From the NCBI GenBank assembly GCA_030019205.1, contig JASEFH010000008.1, positions 6,207 through 70,206 of the forward strand: 64,000 nucleotides of DNA. The letters run 5' to 3'. The translations under genes and the position numbers were made by a program. The notes beneath the pieces are model-generated. The model was not told the origin of the DNA. It saw only the letters and a list, made by a program, of their open reading frames with translations, and made no database searches. Origin of the DNA: Methanomicrobiales archaeon. Its GTDB lineage: Archaea; Halobacteriota; Methanomicrobia; Methanomicrobiales; JACTUA01. Positions 39,483-50,363 of this stretch are shown in pieces. Position 1 is the stretch's first letter; the number at the start of each line of letters is the position of its first letter.

Positions 39483-40040
39483 TCACGGCACGTTGAACCT
39501 GACAGTGCGGGTCGTCTGCACCAGGACATACTCCCGGCTCACCGATGCGGTCTGCCGTGACGCCGCCTCCATCGCGAGCATGAGAATCCGTATTGCATCC
39601 CTGAGTGTGCCGGACTTCCAGTGCTTCTGGATGCATGCATGCGCGATCTTCTTCCCGATCTCGTTTCCCAGCACGACGAAGTTGCTACCCCTGCCGCTCC
39701 CGACCAGTCTGATCTCCGGACCGTGGATCTCCGTTATCGCGTAGTTGTCGGTCGATACGTAGAGCCTCCGCCGATGCACAACGGAACCGTCAGCCGAGAT
39801 CACTTCCCCCACGAGCATCCCGTCCCGCTGCGATACCTTGATCTTGTCGTCCCGAACCGTGATGCAGACGCCGATCTCCCGTGACCGCCTCTGCAGTTCT
39901 TCATCGGTGCGGATGGATCCCCTGTAGAGCTCGGCTTCCAGCCTCTCGATGCCGGTATCATCGCCCCGGAAAGTGATCTCCCGCATGTCCCCGGCCATGG
40001 CAGCGCCTTTTGTCCCGACGAACGCGAGCACCAGGCTCAT
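39483..40040 (-). CDS. Conserved archaeal hypothetical protein (DUF2121-like as far as I recall)
   Basis: 185-aa ORF with ordinary composition ('MSLVLAFVGTKGAAMAGDMREITF..'). No catalytic motif recognised. Confidence 0.55.
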   Translation of the reverse strand: MSLVLAFVGTKGAAMAGDMREITFRGDDTGIERLEAELYRGSIRTDEELQRRSREIGVCITVRDDKIKVSQRDGMLVGEVISADGSVVHRRRLYVSTDNYAITEIHGPEIRLVGSGRGSNFVVLGNEIGKKIAHACIQKHWKSGTLRDAIRILMLAMEAASRQTASVSREYVLVQTTRTVRFNVP

Positions 40041-40608
40041 GATCTACGGCTCCCTACACGGTTTGGCTGCTAACTGTATTGAACATATGGCCGCGATGCT
40101 GTACTCTCTTCCGATGCATCCCCTCCCTTCCCTCGCCAGCCTGAGGGGGGACCAGAGTCTAGCCGAGCTGGCTCGGAGATTCCACTTAAGTCCTGCGACG
40201 GGGAAGCCGAACGGCAGAGGAAGTCGCAAGCCCGGCATGATCTTCAATCGAGGGATGCCTCACTCTCGTCCTCGTTCCACGGGGCGAGGGGTGCCTGTAT
40301 CACACGGTGTTCGGTCCATTCTCACAATACAGCCCGCCGCGAATACAGGTACCCGAGGAAAGGATAAGAGGTCTCCATGAGCCCGTAGGATCCTCGCACT
40401 CTGTTCTACGAAGGCATGGGATGGATACTCACTGCGGGCAACACCCGTCACACCGCTGGAGTCGCGGGATTCGGGATACCCTGTTTTCAGGATATCGTAC
40501 CGGCGGGGGACGGGAGAATAGAGCGCACTCCCCCCCGATACAGTGGGGCTGTTGCAGGGAGCCCCATAGATCTTCGGCGGGAACTCCACGGTGGTTGAGA
40601 TCTGTCGT

Positions 40609-40962
40609 TCACCCGAATCGTTCCTTCAGTGCACCGCCGATGGCGCCCCCGACGATGCCCAGGATGCTGAAATACAGGAGGATCACCAGCACGACCATGC
40701 CGATACCGGCGCCAATCAGCGCTCCCAGCACGCCGAGGAACGCCGCACCCCCTGCGATCAGGAGAACGGAGACGAGGAGGGAGGCGAGCACCGCCGAGAC
40801 GATCCCTCCCTTCATGCCGTTCCAGATGCCCGGCTCGCCGAAGTATCCGGATACGATTCCCCCCAGGATAGGGCCCCCGACAGGAAAGAAGGGGTTCAGC
40901 ACGATCATCACGGTAAAACCGAGGATGCTCGAGACGACGAAGTTCCGTAGACCGTCAGCCAT
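40609..40962 (-). CDS. Small Gly-rich membrane protein (DUF5518-like), paralog 1
   Basis: ATG 40962. 'ILGFTVMIVLNPFFPVGGPILGGIVSGYFG' plus a C-terminal 'ILGIVGGAIGGALK'. Paralogous to 41066-41419. Confidence 0.6.
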   Translation of the reverse strand: MADGLRNFVVSSILGFTVMIVLNPFFPVGGPILGGIVSGYFGEPGIWNGMKGGIVSAVLASLLVSVLLIAGGAAFLGVLGALIGAGIGMVVLVILLYFSILGIVGGAIGGALKERFG

Positions 40963-41065
40963 CACAATCGGAGAGAGGGGGTGGGCATGCGAAACCGGGA
41001 TCGGGAAAGGAGGATAATTCCCTTCCTGCATCGCGGCAGATCGGGGTGAATCACCTCGCGTGCCT

Positions 41066-41419
41066 TCACCGACGCACGGCTCCGCCGATCGCTCCCCCGA
41101 TGAGGCCGAGAATACCCATGTAGACCAGCGCCGCCAGGATCACGACGGCAGCAGCCCCGAGTCCGGTGATGAAGCCGACTCCGCCCAGGAAGACAGTCCC
41201 CCCGATGACGAGCAGCACGCCCACGATGATGGCGCCGAGAATGCCGGCGATCAATCCGGCCAGGGCTCCGTTGCCCACGCCTCTGCCGGCGATATACCCT
41301 GCCACAAGCCCGCCGAGGATCGGCCCCAGGATCGGAACCCAGATGTTCAGGACGACCATGATGATCCACCCCAGGATCACCCCCAGCCAGAAGTTGCCCG
41401 TTGTGTAGTAATATGCCAC
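41066..41419 (-). CDS. Small Gly-rich membrane protein (DUF5518-like), paralog 2
   Basis: 'ILGWIIMVVLNIWVPILGPILGGLVAGYIAG' ... 'ILGLIGGAIGGAVRR'. Same layout as the neighbouring gene. Confidence 0.6.
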   Translation of the reverse strand: MAYYYTTGNFWLGVILGWIIMVVLNIWVPILGPILGGLVAGYIAGRGVGNGALAGLIAGILGAIIVGVLLVIGGTVFLGGVGFITGLGAAAVVILAALVYMGILGLIGGAIGGAVRR

Positions 41420-41532
41420 TTCAGTTCACCCGAAGGGCGGGATGATCTTTCATCAACTATAAATATGTTTGGATGCGTCCCGCCCCTCGGCACAAAGCCA
41501 TTGCGGGTTCCGCGACGGCGATGCAGCCCGAT

Positions 41533-42489
41533 CTATCCCTGGAGCACCAGGATCCGGCGGGTGAGGCTTTTGTGCACCCTCTGCTCGTGATGCTGAAGGA
41601 CAGCGAACCGGTCGCGTGCAATCTCCCGAATATCGCGGTGGCTGACAACAACAGCCCTCTTCTTCGGCCTGAGCACCCGCCCTATCTCCGCCAGCGTCTC
41701 CCCGTACAGATCCTCCAGCGTTCTGGCACGGATCCAGGATGACTGACCGTAAGGGAAGTCCGTAACCACGGCATCCACGGCAGCATCGCAGAGAGGCATG
41801 CGCGTGGCATCGGCAAGGAGCACCAATCCACCGCCGAGATTGGCCAGACACCCCTTGACCATGCGGGGATCGGCATCGCTCCCCAGCACATCGGCGCCAA
41901 GAATTTTACCCTCCAGTAATAGCCCTCCGGTGCCGCAGAAAGGGTCGTACATTCGCTCGTTGCGGCGGATGAGGGAGAGGTTCACGATTGCCCGCGCCAT
42001 CCTGGGCATGATCACCCCCGGGTGGAAGAACGGTCTTCGCATCGGATTGCGGCACGCATAGGAGCCGCGATCGATGCGGACAAGCATCCTTCCCAGGTAG
42101 CAGACGTCCTCCGAGAATACGGCATGGTACTCGACATCGGGATGGGACAGAGAGACCTGCCCTTCAATCCGGTTCCCGATGAACCGTTCGAGAGACGCCG
42201 GCGATCCGGGCATCGCAGCTCCATGCACCTTCTTCACCCGCACCGCGAAGCGGCCGGGCGGAGATAGGGAGAGATGCTGCAGGAGATGCGAGAGCGAGGA
42301 GAGGTCGGAGCGGCTTTCCCCGAGGTACTCGAGCACGGCGTGCGTCAGGGCGAGACGGCGGACCTCCTCCGGTTCGGGGCAATCCGCGACCGCCACCTGG
42401 GGCCGTGCCTGCAGCACCATGCCCACGCATTCCAGTTCGGCAACGGGAAGCGTGGGGTGTTCGCCGGAGAGCTCGAAGAGAAGTTTCAC
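41533..42489 (-). CDS. THUMP-domain tRNA (guanine-N2)-methyltransferase (Trm-G10/Trm11 family)
   Basis: N-terminal THUMP-like region, then the SAM-MTase motif I 'YDPFCGTGGLLLEG' and motif IV 'VTDFPYG'. Confidence 0.8.
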   Translation of the reverse strand: MKLLFELSGEHPTLPVAELECVGMVLQARPQVAVADCPEPEEVRRLALTHAVLEYLGESRSDLSSLSHLLQHLSLSPPGRFAVRVKKVHGAAMPGSPASLERFIGNRIEGQVSLSHPDVEYHAVFSEDVCYLGRMLVRIDRGSYACRNPMRRPFFHPGVIMPRMARAIVNLSLIRRNERMYDPFCGTGGLLLEGKILGADVLGSDADPRMVKGCLANLGGGLVLLADATRMPLCDAAVDAVVTDFPYGQSSWIRARTLEDLYGETLAEIGRVLRPKKRAVVVSHRDIREIARDRFAVLQHHEQRVHKSLTRRILVLQG

Positions 42490-42561
42490 CTTACTGGATT
42501 GGAACGGCCCCCTAAAAAATCCGGTGCTGCTGACGGCAAGGTGCGGAAGGAAGACAGAGTC

Positions 42562-43701
42562 TCATCCCCGGAGATGGCCGAAGAGCCCCTTCCTCTTCGG
42601 CTTCTTTTTCCCCTCCAGCTGGAGGAGTTTCTGGTACAGGTCGCGCTCTTCCGCCGAGAGGTGCCGGGGCGTGCGGATCTTCACGCGAACGCGGAGATCG
42701 CCGCTTCTTCCTTTCTTCCGCACACCCTCTCCGGGCACGGTGAGGACAGCATCCTGCTCCGTACCTTCCGGGATCTGGACTTCCACCTGCTTGCGGTCGA
42801 TCGTCTCCACCGTTGCGGACGAGCCGATAGCGGCCTGAGCGGGCGTGATCTCGATGGTCGTCTCCAGATGGTCTCCCGCGCGGGAGAACCGTCTGTGGGG
42901 GGCGACACTCACCTCGATGAAGAGGTCTCCGCTCGGCGCCCCCATCTCGCCCGCCTCGCCGAGTCCGCCGACACGCAGCCGCATGCCCGTATCGATCCCG
43001 GCAGGCACGTGCACGCGTACCTTCTTTCTGGCCTGCACATGGCCGGTTCCTCGGCACTGCGTGCATGGTGTCTCCGCAACCCTCCCCCGTCCGCGACAGG
43101 CTCCGCAGGGGGCGGCCCGAATGAACTGTCCGAGAACGGTCGCATGGACATGCCGCACCTGACCGCTGCCCCCGCAGGTCGGACACGGCCGGAGCCGCTT
43201 CGAGACGCTGCCGGTCGCATCGCATGCCGGGCATGCCTCGGTGTGATCGACCTCCACGTCTTTATCCACCCCGAATACCGCCTCCTCCAGACTGATCCGA
43301 AGGCGGATCAGTATGTCCGCGCCCGGGATCGGCCCCTGCCTCTGGCGGGACCGCTCACCAAAACCCCCGAAGAACGCGTCGAAGATGTCACCGAAGTCGT
43401 AGTAGTCGGTATGGAAACCTCCGAACCCTCCGCCGAAGGGGGAGGCGCCCTCGAATGCGCTCTTGCCTCCCATGTCGTACCGCGCCCTCTTCTGCGGATC
43501 CGAGAGCACGCTGTAAGCCTCGTTGATCTTCTTGAACTTCTCCTCGGCACCCCTTTCCCTGCAGACATCAGGATGGTACTTCCGTGCGAGGCTGCGAAAT
43601 GCAGCCTTTATCTCCTTGTCCGTGGCGTTTCTCGGTATGCCGAGGATGTCGTAGTAGTCATCCGACACTGGCTCACTCTCCTGCGGAATTCGGGGCGGCA
43701 T
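42562..43701 (-). CDS. dnaJ: Molecular chaperone DnaJ, second tandem copy
   Basis: J domain '[31 protein letters not shown]', a G/F region, and four zinc-finger repeats ('CPACDATG', 'CPTCGGSG', 'CGACRGRG', 'CTQCRGTG'). Confidence 0.9.
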   Translation of the reverse strand: MPPRIPQESEPVSDDYYDILGIPRNATDKEIKAAFRSLARKYHPDVCRERGAEEKFKKINEAYSVLSDPQKRARYDMGGKSAFEGASPFGGGFGGFHTDYYDFGDIFDAFFGGFGERSRQRQGPIPGADILIRLRISLEEAVFGVDKDVEVDHTEACPACDATGSVSKRLRPCPTCGGSGQVRHVHATVLGQFIRAAPCGACRGRGRVAETPCTQCRGTGHVQARKKVRVHVPAGIDTGMRLRVGGLGEAGEMGAPSGDLFIEVSVAPHRRFSRAGDHLETTIEITPAQAAIGSSATVETIDRKQVEVQIPEGTEQDAVLTVPGEGVRKKGRSGDLRVRVKIRTPRHLSAEERDLYQKLLQLEGKKKPKRKGLFGHLRG

Positions 43702-43950
43702 GGGGCATCCTGCCGTTCATGCTGCAAAACAGGTGAATTCGGGGTATCGTCCGTGTCATTTCGGCATGCACTGCGGTTCCTTGCGTACCGGTGCGCCGTT
43801 ATCCATCTTTAAACTAGGTGCCCTGCACGGCAGGACGTGCCGATCCTGCCGGTGCGCACCGCCGCCCCCATCCACACGGAGAGTATACCCAAGATGCCGG
43901 GGGCACGCGGTTCTGCCCCCGATGCTCCCCGGATCGGCAGGACGCCCCCT

Positions 43951-45066
43951 TCAGACGTACTCCCGCAGCCTCTCGAAAAAACCCTTCTTCGTCTCAACAG
44001 GCTGATCCAGGAGGGCTTCTTTCAGCAGTGCCTCCTGGTGGGGTGTCAGATGCCGCGGAATCTCCACGACAATTTTCACCAGCTCGTCCCCCCTCTCCTT
44101 CGAATCGATGTGCGGCATTCCCTGCCCGTTCAGCCGAAACACCGTGTGGCTCTGCGTTCCCGGAGGGATCTTCAGGGTTGCTTTCCCCGTGATCGTGGGC
44201 ACTTCGATCTCGCCGCCGAAGATCGCGGTGCTGAGCGGGAGAACCGTCTTGCAGAAGAGATCGGCTCCGTGCCTCTCGAAGATCTCGTGCTCCTGCACGT
44301 GCACCACGACGTACAGATCGCCCGGCACACCGCCTCTCTCTCCCGGCTCCCCTTCGCCGGCGATCCGAAGGTACTGACCATCGTCCACGCCGCTCGGGAT
44401 GGTGATCCGAATCTTCTTGGTCTTCTGGATACGCCCTGTACCCCCGCAGGTCCTGCAGGGCTTCTCGATGATCTTTCCGCGCCCGCCGCAGCGGCTGCAT
44501 GTGGCGATGTTCACCATCTGTCCGAATGCGCTCCGCTGCACTCTCCGAATCTGGCCGCTGCCCTGGCAGGCGGGGCAATCCCTCATATGTTCCGGAACTG
44601 CCCCAACCCCTCTGCAGGTGGTGCACTCTGCCGAGTGGGGGATCTCGAACGATCGCGTCAGGCCGCTATACGCCTCCGCAAGCGTGATCTCCACGTCGTA
44701 CCGCAGATCGGCACCGTCCCGAGCCCGAGACGCCCTGCCGCCGCCCCCGAAGACATTGAAAATGTCCCCGAATCCGAAGTCCCGAAAGAGATCTTCGAAG
44801 CTGGATGTCCGAAAACCCGCGAAATCGCCGGGCTTGAAGGCGGCATGGCCGAACTGATCGTATTGAGCCCGCTTCTCGCGATCGCTCAGCACCTGGAACG
44901 CCTCGTTGATCTCTTTGAACCGCTCCTCCGCCTCTTTGTCGTTCGGGTTCACATCCGGGTGATACTTGCGCGCGAGCTGACGGAATGCCCGTTTGATCTC
45001 GTCCTGCGACGCTCCGCGGGAAAGCCCGAGCACCTCGTAGTAGTCTCTTTTATCCATGCCGGTCAA
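43951..45066 (-). CDS. dnaJ: Molecular chaperone DnaJ, first copy directly after dnaK
   Basis: '[31 protein letters not shown]', a G/F region, and four CxxCxGxG repeats ('CTTCRGVG', 'CPACQGSG', 'CSRCGGRG', 'CRTCGGTG'). Confidence 0.92.
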   Translation of the reverse strand: MTGMDKRDYYEVLGLSRGASQDEIKRAFRQLARKYHPDVNPNDKEAEERFKEINEAFQVLSDREKRAQYDQFGHAAFKPGDFAGFRTSSFEDLFRDFGFGDIFNVFGGGGRASRARDGADLRYDVEITLAEAYSGLTRSFEIPHSAECTTCRGVGAVPEHMRDCPACQGSGQIRRVQRSAFGQMVNIATCSRCGGRGKIIEKPCRTCGGTGRIQKTKKIRITIPSGVDDGQYLRIAGEGEPGERGGVPGDLYVVVHVQEHEIFERHGADLFCKTVLPLSTAIFGGEIEVPTITGKATLKIPPGTQSHTVFRLNGQGMPHIDSKERGDELVKIVVEIPRHLTPHQEALLKEALLDQPVETKKGFFERLREYV

Positions 45067-45077
45067 AAATGGGGAGT

Positions 45078-46958
45078 TTACTCTTCCTCGACCTTGAATT
45101 CGGCGTCAACGACCTTTTCTTTGTCTTTTGAGCCCGACGGGCCTTCGGCATTCCCTGAAGATTCTCCGGCTGCCTTCTTCTCTGCTGCTTCTTCGGCGTA
45201 CTTGCGCGCTGCCTCCTGGTAGATGACCGTCCCCACATCCTGCAGCACCTTCTGCAGGTTCTCGGTCTCCTGCCGGATCCTGTCCATATCCTTGCCCTCC
45301 AGGGCCGATTTGGCAGTCTTGATGGCCGATTCCAGTCTGTCCTTCTGCTCTGCGCCAATCTTGTCGCCCAGTTCGGAGAGAGTCTTCTCGGCAGTGTAGA
45401 TCATCGAATCGGCATTGTTCCGGGTCTCCACTTCCTCTCTCCGCTTCCTGTCCTCCTCCTCGAACTCCTTGGCCTGCTGGATCATCTTCTCGACTTCTTT
45501 GTCCGAGAGCTTGGTGGATGCGGAGATGGTCATCTTCTGCTCCTTGCCGGTTCCGCGGTCTTTTGCCGAGACGTTCAGGATGCCCGAGGCGTCGATGTCG
45601 AACTCGACCTCGATCTGCGGCACGCCGCGGGGAGCCGGCGGGATGCCCACCAGGTTGAACTGCCCAAGGCTGATGTTGTCCGCGGCCATCGGCCGCTCTC
45701 CCTGCAGCACGTGGATGGTGACCGCCGTCTGGAAGTCGGACGCGGTGGAGAAGATCTGGCTCTTCCGGGTAGGGATCGTGGTATTACGCTCGATAAGCGG
45801 GGTCATGACGCCGCCGAGCGTCTCGATGCCCAGAGTCAGCGGCGTCACGTCCAGCAGCAGGAGATCGGTGATCTCGCCGGCCAGGATCGCACCCTGGATG
45901 GCAGCGCCCATCGCGACGCATTCCATCGGATCGACGCCCCGTTCGGGCTTCAGACCCGTCTGCTCCTCGATGAACTTCACGACCGCGGGCATGCGGGTGG
46001 GTCCGCCGACGAGGATCACCTTGTTCAGATCCCGTTTGGTCAGTTTGGCATCGGCGAGCGCCTGCTCGATCGGATGGATGCAGCGGGAGATGATGGGATC
46101 GACGAGCTGCTCCAGCCGGGAGCGGGAGAGTTTGAGGGCGAGGTGCTTGGGACCCTCCTTGTCCACCGTGATGTACGGCAGGTTGATCTCGGTCTCCAGG
46201 ACCGACGAGAGTTCGATCTTCGCCTTCTCCGCCGCCTCCCGCACCCTCTGGATGGCCATCTTGTCCTTTCTCAGGTCCACGCCTTCCTGTTTTTTGAACT
46301 CCTCGACGATCCAGTCCACTACTGCGTTGTCCATGTCGGTGCCGCCCAGCTGAGTGTCGCCGGACGTGGACAGCACAGTGAACGTGCCGCCTCCGAACTC
46401 CATGATCGTTACGTCCAGGGTGCCGCCGCCCAGATCGAACACCAGGATCTTGTGCTCTCCCGCTTTGTCCAGCCCGTACGCCATCGAAGCGGCCGTCGGT
46501 TCGTTCACCAGCCGCACAACGTCGAGGCCTGCGATCCTGCCGGCATCCTTCGTGGCGGTCCTCTGGTTGTCGTTGAAGTATGCAGGAACCGTGATCACGG
46601 CTTTTTTAATCTCTTCCCCCAGGAATGCCTCGGCGTCCCGCTTGATCTTCTGCAGGATGAATGCCGAGATCTGCTGGGGCGTGTACTGCTTGCCGTGAAT
46701 GGTGTATGTGTGATTGGTGCCGATCTTCCTCTTGGCGGCAAGAACGGTCCCCTCCGGGTTGCTCACCGCCTGCCTGCGGGCGGGCTCCCCCACCAGCAGC
46801 TGGCCGTCTTTTGCAATGGCCACCACAGAGGGGAACATCTTTCCTGCAACCGTCGCACCCTCCGCTGAGGGGATGATCGTGGGCTTGCCGCCCAGCATCA
46901 CGGCCGCCTGACTGTTCGAGGTCCCGAGGTCGATTCCGATAATCTTCTCTTTACTCAT
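45078..46958 (-). CDS. dnaK: Molecular chaperone DnaK (Hsp70)
   Basis: '[11 protein letters not shown]', '[12 protein letters not shown]' and '[11 protein letters not shown]'. Start ATG 46958 overlaps the grpE stop (ATGAGTAA). Confidence 0.97.
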   Translation of the reverse strand: MSKEKIIGIDLGTSNSQAAVMLGGKPTIIPSAEGATVAGKMFPSVVAIAKDGQLLVGEPARRQAVSNPEGTVLAAKRKIGTNHTYTIHGKQYTPQQISAFILQKIKRDAEAFLGEEIKKAVITVPAYFNDNQRTATKDAGRIAGLDVVRLVNEPTAASMAYGLDKAGEHKILVFDLGGGTLDVTIMEFGGGTFTVLSTSGDTQLGGTDMDNAVVDWIVEEFKKQEGVDLRKDKMAIQRVREAAEKAKIELSSVLETEINLPYITVDKEGPKHLALKLSRSRLEQLVDPIISRCIHPIEQALADAKLTKRDLNKVILVGGPTRMPAVVKFIEEQTGLKPERGVDPMECVAMGAAIQGAILAGEITDLLLLDVTPLTLGIETLGGVMTPLIERNTTIPTRKSQIFSTASDFQTAVTIHVLQGERPMAADNISLGQFNLVGIPPAPRGVPQIEVEFDIDASGILNVSAKDRGTGKEQKMTISASTKLSDKEVEKMIQQAKEFEEEDRKRREEVETRNNADSMIYTAEKTLSELGDKIGAEQKDRLESAIKTAKSALEGKDMDRIRQETENLQKVLQDVGTVIYQEAARKYAEEAAEKKAAGESSGNAEGPSGSKDKEKVVDAEFKVEEE

Positions 46959-47490
46959 GGTGCTCACCTTTCCTATCCCTGCTATCTTCTGCAATCTTGA
47001 CTTTCGACGGGCGAATCACCCTGGATCGGAGCATGTAGCCTTTCTGGTACTCCTCGAGCACGGTCCCGCTCTCGCATTCGCTCGCCTCCTGCGCGAGCAC
47101 GTCATGGAGATTGGGATCGAACTTCTTGCCGAGGCATTCGATGGCCTGGAGACCATGGGATTCCAGAATCTTGAGGAAGTTCTTCTGGAGCATCTCGAGC
47201 CCTTCCCGGTTCTCCTCGCTCTCGATCGAGGCGAGAGCCCGCTCGAAATCGTCGACAATCACAAGGAGTTCGGCGATCAGGTTCTGGTTCGCGAGGGAGA
47301 CGATGGCATCCCTCTCCCTGTCAAATTTCTTGCGGTAGTTGTCAAAATCTGCCGCCAGGCGGATGTACCGGTCCTGAAGTTCGGCATACCGTTTCCGCTC
47401 CTCCTCAAGGGCGGACTGCAGATCGATATCGCCTTCCGCAGCGCCCTGCGAAGCCTTAGCATTTCCCCGTTCTGTCGACTGATTCTGCAT
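46951..47490 (-). CDS. grpE: Nucleotide exchange factor GrpE
   Basis: '[19 protein letters not shown]', '[12 protein letters not shown]' and '[16 protein letters not shown]' are GrpE signatures. Confidence 0.9.
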   Translation of the reverse strand: MQNQSTERGNAKASQGAAEGDIDLQSALEEERKRYAELQDRYIRLAADFDNYRKKFDRERDAIVSLANQNLIAELLVIVDDFERALASIESEENREGLEMLQKNFLKILESHGLQAIECLGKKFDPNLHDVLAQEASECESGTVLEEYQKGYMLRSRVIRPSKVKIAEDSRDRKGEHHE

Positions 47491-47528
47491 GCTACACTCC
47501 GGATCTCAATAACTATTGTATTGTAGTT

Positions 47529-47597
47529 CTATATATTATTTGTGCAAATGCGACTATAAATAGGTCTTGTTTGCTGTTTGTTTTGAATTTTGCACAA
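47529..47597 (-). promoter_or_regulatory. AT-rich grpE promoter region with a 9-bp inverted repeat (TTGTGCAAA-N40-TTTGCACAA)
   Basis: TATA-like 'ctatatatt' (47529-47537) lies about 40 nt upstream of ATG 47490. Inverted-repeat arms are at 47540-47548 and 47589-47597. Confidence 0.35.
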
Positions 47598-47885
47598 TAT
47601 TTCAGGATATCCTGCCATGCTGACGCGGATACGGTTCTTACGCCGAATCCGGCACATCATGCCTGGACGCCAGCGGCTCTCCCGCCGCGGCATCGCTGTC
47701 ATGCTCCCCCAGAGTGCATTGCAGCGGGCGGGGAAGCGGAGAGCGGTGCAGGATCCGCACCGGCAGAGAAGCTCCCAGGGAAGTTCGTCAAGCCCCTCGG
47801 TGCTGGCGATTGCGATCCCGGATCGGGGGCAGTTCTCGGCGAACGGAGCATCGGTATTTTATCATAGGGAGCTGAACGCGTTGGT

Positions 47886-49373
47886 ATGAAATGGGCACTG
47901 CTGTCGGTATGGGATAAGAGAGGGATTGTCGATCTGGCAAAAACGCTTGTCGCAAACGGCTACTCCCTGGTGAGTTCGGGCGGCACAGGCAGGGCACTGG
48001 CAGAGGGCGGCGTGCCGTATCGAGAGGTGGCGGAGTACACGGGATCCCCCGAGATCTTGGACGGGCGTGTGAAGACGCTCCATCCCCGGATCCACGGCGG
48101 GCTCCTCGGGCGGCCGGGGATAGACGATTGCACGGCCGCCGCGCTCGGGTTCCAGTATATCGAAATTCTCGTGGTGAACCTGTATCCGTTCGAGGAGAAG
48201 GCTGGATCTGGTCTGGCTCTGGAGGAGCTCGTGGAGTACATCGATATTGGCGGCCCGGCGATGGTGCGGGCAGGGGCCAAGAACCACCGCTACGTAGCGG
48301 TGCTTGTCGATCCGGAGGACTACGGCATGGCAAAAGAGGCGGTCGAGCGGGGAGGGTTCTCCCCGGAGCAGCGGCTGTACCTGGCGAAGAAGGCGTTCGC
48401 CAGGACTGCCGCCTACGATGCAGCGATCAGCAACTTCCTCCAGGGGCTGGGAGAGACATTTCCTCCGATCTATACCCTGCAGTTCCGGAACGGCCGTGCG
48501 CTGCGGTATGGCGAGAACCCTCACCAGCTGGGGGCAGTGTACGGGGAGCGGGGCATCGCCGGAGCAGAACCCTTCCAGGGACGCCAGATGTCCTTCAACA
48601 ACTATCTGGACGCCAGTTCCGCCGTCTCTCTCCTGAGCGAGTTTGCGGATCCCTGTGCTGTGCTCGTCAAGCACAACAACCCCTGCGGCGTGGCGATAGG
48701 AGACAATCTCCTCTCCGCCTATATCACGGCACGCGAGGTGGATCCGATCTCCGCTTATGGTTCCGTCGTTGCCCTCAACCGTACCGTGGAGAGGGATGTG
48801 GCGGAGGAGATCACGAAGACATTCGTTGAGGTGGTGATCGCCCCCTCCTACACCGAGGACGCATCGATGGTTCTGCGGAAGAAAGAGAATCTAAGAGCCA
48901 TTCTCCTGCGGACACCGCTCCCGGACGAGGAATCAATCCGCAGCATCGACGGGGGGATCCTGGTGCAGCGGACGCCGCCCTACCAGGAGCACTGGACGGT
49001 CGTGACAGAACGGGATCCGGATGCGGAGGAACTGGCGGCCATGAGGCTGGCCTGGAGGGTGTGCAAGCATACACGCTCCAATGCGATTGTCTTTGCGAAT
49101 GCCAGAAAGACCGTCGGGATCGGAGCCGGTCAGATGAGCCGGGTGGACTCGGCGCGGATTGCCATCGCCAAGGCGAGAGATTCCCTGCAGGGCAGCGCAG
49201 TGGGCTCGGATGCCTTCCTGCCCTTCCCTGACACCCTCGAGGAGGCGGCGGCAGCGGGGGCGACCGCCCTGGTGCAGCCCGGGGGTTCGATCCGGGACGA
49301 TGAGGTCATCGCGGCAGCAAACCGGCTGGATGTGACGATGATCTTCACGGGGGTACGCCATTTCAAGCACTGA
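47886..49373 (+). CDS. purH: Bifunctional AICAR formyltransferase / IMP cyclohydrolase PurH
   Basis: MGS-like N-terminus 'ALLSVWDKRGIVDLAKTLVANGYSLVSSGGT', then 'GRVKTLHPRIHGGLLGR' and the C-terminal AICARFT part 'GAGQMSRVDSARIA'. Confidence 0.92.
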   Translation: MKWALLSVWDKRGIVDLAKTLVANGYSLVSSGGTGRALAEGGVPYREVAEYTGSPEILDGRVKTLHPRIHGGLLGRPGIDDCTAAALGFQYIEILVVNLYPFEEKAGSGLALEELVEYIDIGGPAMVRAGAKNHRYVAVLVDPEDYGMAKEAVERGGFSPEQRLYLAKKAFARTAAYDAAISNFLQGLGETFPPIYTLQFRNGRALRYGENPHQLGAVYGERGIAGAEPFQGRQMSFNNYLDASSAVSLLSEFADPCAVLVKHNNPCGVAIGDNLLSAYITAREVDPISAYGSVVALNRTVERDVAEEITKTFVEVVIAPSYTEDASMVLRKKENLRAILLRTPLPDEESIRSIDGGILVQRTPPYQEHWTVVTERDPDAEELAAMRLAWRVCKHTRSNAIVFANARKTVGIGAGQMSRVDSARIAIAKARDSLQGSAVGSDAFLPFPDTLEEAAAAGATALVQPGGSIRDDEVIAAANRLDVTMIFTGVRHFKH

Positions 49374-50363
49374 ATCCGCCCTCCTGCTGAAGACGGTGCC
49401 GGACCATCGAACCCATCCCATTTTCCATTGCAGATCGGAACCGGATCCGCAGTTCGCTACATATCCCGTCGCGGCTCCGGTTCCGCCGCCGACCCCGGAG
49501 CTGCCTTCTTCCGGAAGGAGGGGAGCGCACACTCCCACGGCCCAATGGGACACAGGACGAATTAGTCTGCTGTGCATCGGAGAGGTTGGCGGATCGGCTC
49601 CCTCTCTATCCGTCACGATGCGGCAGTGTCCCCCTGTTCCGATTGTCGGGAGACGCAACGCAGATCTGGAGTACTGGGGATTGGAGGTCCGAAGGGGCCC
49701 TGCACACCCCGCACCGCCATTGCGGCATCCTGGAATCTCCCGGCCTCATCCCGTATGCGGAAGCCTCCCTTCAGGGATACCGAAGAGATCCACGGTCCGT
49801 GGGGTTAGCTCGATGCTAGCCCATTCGCTCCCGATGCCCATCAAATCCCGCTGGCCGGTAACCGGGTCCTATCGCTTGGGTTCGCGCCCCTCTCCCCCAT
49901 GCCCCTTCCCCTGCTGGTCACGAATGCCCGGCGGATACGGTAACTCACGGGGAATCCTCAAGTGCATTCTCGATGCAAATTCGGGCTCACAGCCCCTACT
50001 CCCGAAATCACAACTCAGGCCTATCGAACCGACGGAGAGTGAAGTGGGGGAAAGGTCAAGACCTCCCCCGGACCTGTGTGCGGAGGCGCGGGAGGGATTG
50101 GGGCAGTCAGGGTTTGGCAGGGCACTCCTTTCGTATGCGGGATCCGAATCTGGATCGCGGTCCCCCCCGGGGGGGGTGCCCCATCGGATCAGCGGCGGCA
50201 TGGGACCCGGTCGGCGCGTTCTCGAGAACGTACCGATCCAGGACGGGATTTCCGGCGCAGCCGGATCGTGTTCGGGCATCGAGAGGTCGGAGTTTCTTCA
50301 TCCCGGAGCCTTTCGGCACGTTTATGAGGTGCAGCATACCAGCTGATCGGATCGGGGCTCCTG

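Noticed and set aside
43837-46868. Long plus-strand ORFs (43837-45222, 45415-46353, 45711-46868)
   Set aside because: All lie antisense to dnaJ and dnaK, whose identity is unambiguous. They are shadow ORFs.
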